Part shown: positions 55,644-64,000 of the stretch, one piece after another
Numbering within the stretch: the stretch's first letter is position 1
How the letters are laid out: each line of letters starts with the position of its first letter
Source of the DNA: Paramoeba atlantica
Lineage: Eukaryota > Protista > Discosea
Reading direction: 5' to 3'
Assembly (NCBI GenBank): GCA_977017575.1
Contig: CDRNVI010000056.1
Coordinates: forward strand, 248,001-312,000
Length of the DNA: 64,000 bases
The notes under the pieces: generated by a model
What the model was told of the DNA's origin: nothing
Database searches by the model: none
The model's input: only the letters and a program-made list of their open reading frames with translations
Position numbers and translations under genes: made by a program

Positions 55644-57943
55644 TCATATTGCGGGTGGGTGGGTTTTTTTGATTTTGATTTTTCTTTCCATAGAAACTTG
55701 TATTCTACACCTACGATGAGTATGTGCTTTTGAGGAACACTTGAAAACTTCCCACCACTTGAGCTCAGTAGTGCGACAAGAAGGATTCCATTCATAGTCA
55801 CTGCAATTCAGGTAAGAGCTCCATTCATTCTCAGTGATAAATGTTGGATTGCCGCTGCGAAATAAATCATTCGCTCGATCCACGGATATCAGTAGAATGC
55901 CTGACTTTTTCGCCCGCAATGTTATAAAATCTGGGGCAAACCACATTATGTCCTCCCAAAATTTCATGTTGTGCTTGTTGTTTAGACGCGAAAGATGGTG
56001 TTTCAATGCAACCTGGAGGGCTTCGCATCCAGCCTCCTCTTTGCTGATGCGAGTCAGCTTCTGAATCATAGGCCATACTGTTGTGGATGTGGGAGTCCCG
56101 TCCAAGTCAGAGAACCGTTGCAATGCATCATGCAAGGGGGCTAGCCGGGAACAGAATTCGCTTGCCGAAGACATAATGCTACGAACAGAGCACGTGCTTA
56201 TAAGTTCGGCACACTTCCTTACTGACTCACTGACACGTGGATTGCATAATTCTGCGTCTATGAACGCTGCAACAGTAGGCATTTGTACTTTGAGAAACTC
56301 TATGCATGTAAATTTGTCGTGACACCATCGTGTCACTCCTCCAAGTTTCGGTACCGTAACTCCGGAAACTTCTTTTGCGTTACGAAGATCCTGGACAACT
56401 TTAGGGCCCATGGAAAAAAGTACCTGAGCACACTTCTCAATGTCTCTTGGGAAGCTTGCAAGCTCTTCTATAATGGTTGGTGCGCTGTCTGGACACAGTT
56501 TGTCTAAAACCCGCAATGACGCTAACAGATCATCTAGCAGTTCGATCCGGTCTCCCTCGTCCAACTTATTTGACTGAACGGCGCCATACCATTGAACGAA
56601 ATACTGCTCTGCGTCTCTCGTTTTGGCCTCAAAGCCTCCAAGAAGTACATCTAAAGCAACTCCACGGTATCGTTCCTTCTTCGCAGTCACCTTTTCCGCA
56701 CCGTAAAAACTTTGTCGAAAATACTTCTTGAAGTTAAACAGAGGCGTGTTTTCGTATTTTTTCATACTGTCGCGTGCAACGTTATTCAGAAAATGACCAA
56801 TGCACGAGAGCAGGGCAACAGATGGTAGCTTATTCAGTATCGCGTTATTGAAGTCCCCCCAATTGTTCTCTCATATGGGACGAATGCGGTCGAATATGCG
56901 TTTCATTTCTTCTTCGGCTTCATCCCGTGCAACGTGATTAACCGCGCATCCGTCCACCATCATATAACGCAGTTTGCCCAGCAAATGCACCCCTATTATG
57001 GAACTCAGCGTCTCAACCAGAATTTCGGCTGATTCCTTCCCTTTGAAGGCTTTGCGTCTAGGATGATACATTGGGGGGAGAAGGTAATCACTGTGGGCGA
57101 CATATAGAACACCCACCAAGACATGTTCGCTCAAAACTTTGTCGATTCCCGCGTCCACAGCAATCCCAAAAAAGGGCTCTTGTGTAATATCGTTTACAAT
57201 CTTACTCCATATTTCTTCCGCCATATCCTTTTCCCACTTGCGCATCAACTTGTGGTTCTTAGTGAGCAGAGAAAGAACTTCACCCTGCGTTGCACCTACA
57301 GAGCGTAATTCCTCGTACTCGTAAATAAGAGAGTGGGCGGCCTTGCACGAGAGGTTGGTCTGTGAAACCAGGAATACACTTTTGCACAAATGTTTGAACG
57401 GACCGAGTTGGATGATCCTCCCCTTCTTTTACGTCTTTATGAGCTTCATCACGAGGACGATCACACCCGGTGCACACGTGCCTGATGTGGTGATAATAGT
57501 GGTTGTTATACGCCGAATGGCCCACCCACGGACATTCGATGCATTTTGAATGAGTCCGTTGACCCATGGAGTTAACGTGGTGGGGACGGGGATGACGTGA
57601 CTCATACTCTCGGCAATCTTTGTTCCGCAGCTCTTCGTCCTTAGTCTTACCTGCTGGGGCATCCTTCCCAAAACAACGTTCACGCAGGAATTTAGCACGT
57701 ATCCGAGGATACTGCATAGGGTCACACTCCCTCTTTTGTGTGCGTAATTTTTCCACTGCCTGGGAAGGAGGCCGCCTCCAGTGCCTGATGCAGATCAGAT
57801 TTGAGCCTTCGCCTCTGCGCTACAGGGACGTATTTTGATACGGTGGATGCACCTTCAACGGACTGACTCTGAGAAAACGCAGTCTCGTTTACTAGAGTAT
57901 CATTAGGGTTTGCAGGAGCAGGGCTTGCAGAAATAACCCTCAC
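55644..57943 (-). pseudogene. hAT transposase, multiply frameshifted, 3' end truncated
   Basis: BED-like finger (CIEC..HHIRHVC), FGIAVDAG (first D), YMMVDGCAVN, VTRW and KWW motifs across four ORFs. Confidence 0.8.
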
Positions 57944-58991
57944 ACTTTGCAGCGAAGGAGGCGGAGAGGAAGGACGCTTGACTCGAACATTCGGAGGTAG
58001 TGTCGGCCATTTCCGGGAAGGACGTAACGGAGCCTCCGAAAGGGAAGATGTCTCAGGGGGGGGGTTGTCTTTCGGTGGAAGGTTGCTTCTTTGGCCGCAT
58101 AGAGAAAAATGGAGTTGTGAAAGTGAGGTAACTGTAGTATACTTAAATTTAGAAAGATAATTTCAGGCTAAATCCTAATCACTCGATCAAAAAATTAATG
58201 ACTGCTATCTAGTTAAAAAAAATTCTAAGTCTCTACGTAGAATTCTACGTAGAACGCGTAGAATTCTACGTAGACTACCAACTATGTATAAAGGTGAATT
58301 ATGCAATATAAAGGTGAATTATGCAATATAAAGGTGCATCTTAGTATGCAATATGTGTAAGTGGCCACTTTTTATGCCAGTGGGCCCTGGAGCGCGCGGG
58401 TCGCCAAAAAATATAATTCTGTGGGCGACGCTCACAGTTGGGCCTTGCTCGCAAATGGGGGCTTTTGCCTCCAGAAGGCTTCGCTCACAGTCAGGCCTTG
58501 CCTCCAGACACGTAAACTAGGTGTCATTGTCGTGGGCTACGCTCACAGTTGGGTCTTAGGTGACAAAGCGTAGGAAAATGCACAACTCTGCGAAAGGGTC
58601 AGACGATGGTAATGTAGTGTCATGGAAAAGTGCTCATCCAAAGTACCATGTGTAGAGTACTATGTGTAGAGGTCGTTTCGATGAGTACTTTTTTTCGGAA
58701 AACTAAACATGCGTTTCGATGTGCACTCATCCAAACTACTACAACCCCGGAATTTGAAATCGCATCACGTGGCAGAGCGCAATGAAAGCAGAAACCGACG
58801 TGAATACCAGTTATGGGGCGAATGATCTTACTACTGCGCTGAAAAAAAATCTCTCGTCTGTTTTTGGGAACTTTTCTTCACCTGTTTTGATGACTCGTGC
58901 GAACTATCATTCTGCCAGAATTTTCGCCTTAGCCAGAAAGCACAAAAATCGTGTCAAATCATCTTCAGGATTCGTCCTCGCGGCCACGCCT

Positions 58992-58998
58992 GGCGAGA

Positions 58999-59038
<40 letters not shown>

Positions 59039-59074
59039 ACACTGTGGGCGTGGGTTCAAACCCCACTCTCGTCA
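58992..59074 (+). tRNA. tRNA-Leu(TAG): tRNA-Leu (anticodon TAG)
   Basis: Cloverleaf folds: acceptor GGCGAGA/TCTCGTC, anticodon stem CCAGA/TCTGG, long variable arm, GGTTCAAAC T-loop; followed by TTTT. Confidence 0.95.
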
Positions 59075-59640
59075 TTTTCCGAAAGATTGTCCTCCTCACC
59101 TCGCAAAGATGAAATGCGTAGGGAGAGCATGAGAAGCATTCATGCAGGGCAAAGCGTGAAAGTGTCGGTCGTTACGCGCATGGCCCTAAGTTGGGCGATG
59201 TGGAAAGTTGGGCAATGTAAGTTGGGCGATGTAGTTTGAATGAGTACTCCAAATTCCAAAGGAAATTTTCAGTCCAGAGGATTTTAATCCAAAGGAACTT
59301 TTAGTTTACTGTAAGTACTCATCGAAGCTACCTCTGCCTATGGTTTCAAGTTTTATCCAGCGCGTTCCCCTTGCGAACTTCGCATTGCTGCTTTGAATGT
59401 GTTTAATCATGCACTTATCCTGCAGAGATTTTGCCTCACAGAGTCCTTACCCGCACACGACGGGTGGATCACGTGAGGATTTGCCCTCGCTGGAGGAGAA
59501 TGGGTGCAGAGAGCTGGGGTCCCAGGTTGCAGAGAGCTCGGTTATCTTGTGCAGGTGCAGAGAGCCGGATGCGTAATCCCCATATTACAGTTTCGGGGGC
59601 AATCCGGGTGCAGAGAGCTGCGACAGAGCCGAAGGGTCAA

Positions 59641-60322
59641 AGTATAGGAATATTGCATAAGTATAGGAATATTGCATAAGTATAGGAATATTGCATAAGT
59701 ATAGGAATATTGCATAACTCTATTTTTGACCCCCCACCCCTTAATATGAGTTTGTTGATTTCGGTAGACAATTATAACCCGTGTATAGATCTGCGATTAC
59801 ACTGTCGGGAAACCACCTATTTTTTGTAATTTGAAACAAATTTTTACAAAGTCAAGGGTGGTATATTTCTCGAAAATATACGATTTTTTTTATTTGTTAC
59901 GTGCCTCATAGACTTGTATCCCCGGGAAAATGGAATACCGAACATATGGGCGCTATAACGTACCCCAATCTGTCACTTTGAACTACTTTTACTTCGAATG
60001 AAGACTTCACATATTAGGGGTGACCCTTCTAAAATGCCCTAAAATGGCCACTTTTCGTGGATTTTGCTTAAAAAAGCCCATTTCCACCTGTTTTTGGCTA
60101 CTTTGGCGGGGTCACCCCCTATATGCAACTTTTCCATTTTTAGAAAATGTGATGTGCGTATATACTTTGGAGTCTCATCTACAAGGAAAAGGATTTGTAA
60201 GATCCAATACAGGTGGGATCTTGCCAGGAGAAATTTTTCAAAAGTTAAAAAAAAATTAGAGGGGCTCTGCAATATTCCTATACTTATGCAATATTCCTAT
60301 ACTTATGCAATATTCCTATACT
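59641..60322. mobile_element. Foldback-like unit with ends made of 19-bp tandem repeats in inverted orientation
   Basis: AGTATAGGAATATTGCATA x4 at 59641-59716 and its reverse complement x3 at 60268-60322. Confidence 0.55.
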
Positions 60323-60896
60323 TCGGAACAGCACATTCACATGCATAAAGTTTTAAGGCACCGATTTCAACTTTTGCCAAAAGTTGGTGATGGGTGCTAT
60401 GGGAACTCACCTTTGCTCCCGGTGAGGCCCCGGAGTTGCGAGAGGTCTCCATACCCCACAACTACCACCTTTTCGCGCGACCCCCGCTAAATAGGGGGGA
60501 AGGTGGTAGTTGTTTTGGGGAATATGAGAGGCCGAACGCACGGAGGGGCCGGCCGGGCCACTGAGTCACGTGAAAGTGTGACACCCAAAAACTAAACCTA
60601 GATCTTGTTTGCACAACAGAACCGTAAATGGCACGTAAAGATAGTTGGCCGGGGATTGTGGTTTGGCCGCAGGATTGTGTATTTATTTTCCTATGCATTG
60701 TCACGTTCTTTACCTTTTTGGGGGCAAATGGTGAACGTCGACCAGAAAAGGGGCATTCTAAACACTGTCAACATGGGTAACCAACTTGAAGGTATACAGG
60801 ATACGGAATGAAATAACCTGTACTTTCTGCGGGAAGAAATTTCCTTCTGCGTGAAGAAATAACGACGGTACACATGGACACAAAAAATAACGAGCC

Positions 60897-61590
60897 TTAC
60901 TCCGAGTCACTACTTTCGTCTTCTTCGTCGCGGTAGAAACTAACAGCTTTGCAGAATGTACGAATATCTTGGAAGATGCGACGTACACGGGAACCTCCGT
61001 TGACAGAGAGTGTCGCGTTAGCAATTTCTGCGAAAAACTTCATTCGGTGAGCGCGAGATATTTCATCGTTGCCAAGACGGCCCCCACGAGCTTTGAGTTC
61101 CTTTTTGAGGAGGCCATTGGCATGTTCCACGGTATTAGTGTGGATGCCGGAGACTGCTACCCAATGTTTTCGATGGTTTACGGGCCCATGGCGCCATTCC
61201 CGATTTAGACACTTGCTGGCACCAGCGCAGTCCGTATATATTTGGCAACGGGAGTTCTTGGCAAGATAGCGCACATGAGCGGTCATAGTGGCAGCATCTG
61301 TGCTTTCCAGGTACTTTACAAATATCACTTTCATGGGATAGTGTATGCGACCTTCTTCATCTGGTATCTCATCGCAGTGTACCAAAGTATGGTACCAAGA
61401 GGAACCATCGCGTCGGATTCTTTTCCCTCGACCGCACCCCATTCGCTTGATCCGGGAAACGCACGTTTCGTCCTTTTGCATGAAAAGAACTGTGCCCTGT
61501 GAAGCGTCGAAGCGCATGTCGTGCGCAGTGCTAATAATGTATTCGAAGAATTGAAACAATTTAACAATTGTATTTTCGAACGGGAAATAG
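60897..61590 (-). pseudogene. Merlin (IS1595-like) transposase lacking the N-terminus
   Basis: QKDETCV, IYTDC, VNHRKHW and HTNTVEH motifs; homologous to 41687-42343. Confidence 0.8.
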
Positions 61591-62364
61591 TTCTGAGAAT
61601 GAGTGGAACAGAAGACAAATACTATTCCATAGCATGGGATGCTGGCTCAGCTGAGAGAGCTGAGGTTGAATCGCTGAGGGAAGCGCTGGAAAGGATACCT
61701 AATGAGGCTCAAACAGTTGTCATACACACCGATCCGTTCTATGTATGGAATTTCTTCCATCATACTCGTCTACGACGGCGAATCATTGGGTATAACAATC
61801 TACCGAATGGGGGTATCCTTGAGAAATTGGATCGGGAAATTCGAACGCTCCAATCGAGGGATAAAAGGTGTTACGTGTGCAAAGTGAAATCCCACAACGG
61901 GAACATTTACAATGAGAAGGCAGACCTTGGCGCTTGCAGGGTCGAGAAAAATAGTCCCAGCCTCAGAAGTAAAGAGGAGAAAGACTGCGACAAGTGCCTC
62001 AGAAGCTCAAAGGGTTAGCTCAGAAACCGTCCAAACCATGAATCGTCCTCGGAAACACTGTGGCCAAATACCTAAGCCATTAGGGAAAAGACGGGATTAC
62101 TTCAAGATTGCAGAAGGTGATCCTCTCTCCAAAAAGGGCACCTCGCCACCTGTAGAGACTGGAGTGGATTCTCCTGAAAAGAAAGAGTGCTTGCCTGAGG
62201 AATGTGATGCCAAAAATACAAAGTTGCATGAAAGACGTACCACGCCCGGTTCAGCGGACAAGGAGCATGAAAGGGCGAATTCACCTGAGAGAAAGACGTC
62301 GAAGCGACGACAAAAACGGATGTGTTCTTAACCGATGCAAATCGGTCTTATAGGATAGGATAGG
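61590..62364 (+). mobile_element. 5'-truncated non-LTR retrotransposon 3' end with RNase H domain
   Basis: Same RNase H motifs, downstream RPRK..GQIPKPLGKRRDYFK segment and TAGGATAGGATAGG tail as 6070-6794; left boundary approximate. Confidence 0.7.
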
Positions 62365-62666
62365 ACAATCCTGCGGAAGTGGCAGACATAGGTTCTCAGT
62401 GCGCGACCCGCGCGCTCCAGCGCGCGGGTCGCCAAAAAATATAATTCTGTCCCAGGGCTACGCTCACAGTTGGTCCTTGCTCGCGAGACCACGTGAGATC
62501 ATGTGAGACCTCTCCAGAGCGGATTTGGCTCGGGAGGGTTGTTGAATGACCAAAACGAGGTCACGCGAGATCGTACTCGCAACCCCTCAATAGTTGGGGG
62601 CTGATTTTGAGGAGCTGCGGGTGAAGTCTCGCCACCACGTTCAGCTAAACCAAAGAAGTGCAAAAA

Positions 62667-62740
62667 TGCTCCCGGCAGGGATCGAACCTGCGACCTTGGG
62701 CTTATTAGACCCACGCTCTAACCATCTGAGCTACGAGAGC
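62667..62740 (-). tRNA. tRNA-Ile(AAT): tRNA-Ile (anticodon AAT)
   Basis: GCTCTCGTAGCTCAGATGGTTAGAGCGTGGGTCTAATAAGCCCAAGGTCGCAGGTTCGATCCCTGCCGGGAGCA; T5 terminator. Confidence 0.95.
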
Positions 62741-62823
62741 ACACTTCGTGTTCGGTGATCTTCTAGGACAACTGAAATTAATGTCACGGATTGCATATCT
62801 GTCCGCTCGACTCACGGTGTATT

Positions 62824-62895
62824 GGTCGCGTGGCTCAATGGTAGAGCGTCTGACTACGGATCAGGCGGTTGCAGGTTCGATCCCTGTCGCGATCA
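62824..62895 (+). tRNA. tRNA-Arg(ACG): tRNA-Arg (anticodon ACG)
   Basis: Cloverleaf with anticodon loop CTACGGA and GGTTCGATC T-loop; followed by TTTT. Confidence 0.95.
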
Positions 62896-62921
62896 TTTTG
62901 TCGACGTGAGTTCGACAAAAA
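62896..62921. terminator. Bidirectional Pol III terminator between convergent tRNAs
   Basis: TTTTGTCGA-CGTGAGT-TCGACAAAA inverted repeat gives a T-run on each strand. Confidence 0.7.
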
Positions 62922-62992
62922 GGACGCACCCGGGTTTGAACCAGGGACCTCTCGATCTGCAGTCGAATGCTCTACCACTGAGCTATGCGTCC
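62921..62992 (-). tRNA. tRNA-Cys(GCA): tRNA-Cys (anticodon GCA)
   Basis: GGACGCATAGCTCAGTGGTAGAGCATTCGACTGCAGATCGAGAGGTCCCTGGTTCAAACCCGGGTGCGTCCT; U73 discriminator. Confidence 0.95.
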
Positions 62993-63085
62993 ACGAGCCC
63001 GGCTCCTGAGGAAATTTTATTTTGACGCACACGGATCTTTTTGCCTAGCGGCGCACAGCTTGGATGCCGTACCTCGCGTGCGTTC

Positions 63086-63233
63086 ATACCTTCTCGGCCG
63101 TAAGGCTAAGATCAAGTGTAATTTCTGTTCTTGTCAGCTTAGTATCTGATATCAGCCTCCGGGCTGAAGATCTAGCTAATCTCCTGCGGCGGTCAGGTTC
63201 CCGATTTGCATTGCTCGGGATCTTGGCCGCTGC
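63086..63233 (+). ncRNA. U2: U2 snRNA, short form lacking stem-loop III
   Basis: ATACCTTCTCGGCC..GGCTAAGATCAAGTGTAATTTCTGTTCTT 5' end; stems IIa and IIb fold; 19-bp terminal stem with UUUGCAUUGC loop; about 148 nt. Confidence 0.92.
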
Positions 63234-63319
63234 TCTGCGTTACTACCGCATACCTCCCCTCAGTAAGAGAATGGGTTTTAGGTCGGAAATCCACGCCGAG
63301 GGGCTGGCGTTAGCACATT

Positions 63320-63480
63320 TATAATGCATATTAACTGCACGTTTATAATGCATACTAAGCGGCACATTCAAATGCATATAGCACTTTCACATGCATAACA
63401 GCACATTCATATGCATAAATCCGGCACATTCACATGCATATAGCACATTCACATGCATAACAGCGCATTCACATGCATAA
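63320..63480. repeat. Degenerate ~19-20-bp tandem repeat (GCACATTCACATGCATA)
   Basis: About 8 units; a single related unit occurs near 60330. Confidence 0.7.
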
Positions 63481-63530
63481 AATTTTAGGCACGGATTTCA
63501 ACTTTTTTGAAAAGTTGGTGCGGGGTGCTA

Positions 63531-64000
63531 TGGAAGCTCACGTTTGCTCCCGGTGAGGCCCCGGAGTTGCGAGAGGCCTCCATACCCCACAACTACCACC
63601 TTCCCCCCCTATTTAGGGTGGAAGTATAGGAATATTGCATAAGTATAGGAATATTGCATAAGTATAGGAATATTGCACAAGTATAGGAATATTGCACAAG
63701 TATAGGAATATTGCATAAGTATAGGAATATTGCATAAGTATAGGAATATTGCATAGCCGTCTAATCATGTCACAAAATACTGTGAATTAGTTTAGTATAG
63801 GTTTAGTTTTTGGGTATCACACTTTCACGTGACTCAGTGGCCCGGCCGGCCCCTCCGTGCGTTCGGCCTCTCATTTCCCCCAAAACAACTACCACCTTCC
63901 CCCCATTTATCACCCTAAATAGGGGGGGAAGGTGGTAGTTGTGGGGTATGGAGGCCTCTCGCAACTCCGGGGCCTCACCGGGAGCAAAGGTGAGTTCCCA
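63531..64000. repeat. ~90-bp inverted repeats (63531-63620 and 63911-64000) around a 7-copy 19-bp satellite (63623-63755)
   Basis: Arms nearly identical; the same modules occur at 60400-60600 in a different order; the right arm runs off the window. Confidence 0.8.

Noticed and set aside
58740-58990. snRNA divergent from tRNA-Leu, expected by analogy with U2
   Set aside because: No U4, U5, U6, U3 or 7SL signature recognised; an Infernal/Rfam scan would be decisive.
58782-59132. 116-aa ORF
   Set aside because: It runs through the tRNA-Leu gene and has no recognisable domain.
1-64000. Fanzor/TnpB, Helitron Rep, tyrosine recombinase or viral genes
   Set aside because: No RuvC, HUH, YR or capsid motifs seen in the ORF track.

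Overview
Eukaryotic, intron-free DNA that looks kinetoplastid, probably a Perkinsela/Prokinetoplastina-like lineage (inference, not a database result). All credible host genes are single-exon and on the + strand: six or seven paralogues of one LRR family, a PP1 inhibitor-3/Ypi1, a 1402-aa orphan, a KREPB-like U1-zinc-finger/RNase III-fold protein, a class 3 lipase with an altered GxSxG motif, and Sec63. The run ends in a Pol III region: tRNA-Leu, Ile, Arg and Cys, plus a short trypanosome-style U2 snRNA 93 bp from a divergent tRNA. Between the genes is a dense set of mostly decayed mobile DNA: Tc1/IS630, pogo, hAT, Merlin/IS1595, MITEs, an IS30-like mini-element, a gag/protease relic and RNase H-bearing non-LTR fragments. 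The most striking structure is 20341-30132, a ~101-bp satellite carrying a HERO/NeSL-type RT-RLE retroelement joined at a small hairpin, with element plus satellite re-amplified as a 2695-bp unit. All family assignments come from motif recognition by eye.
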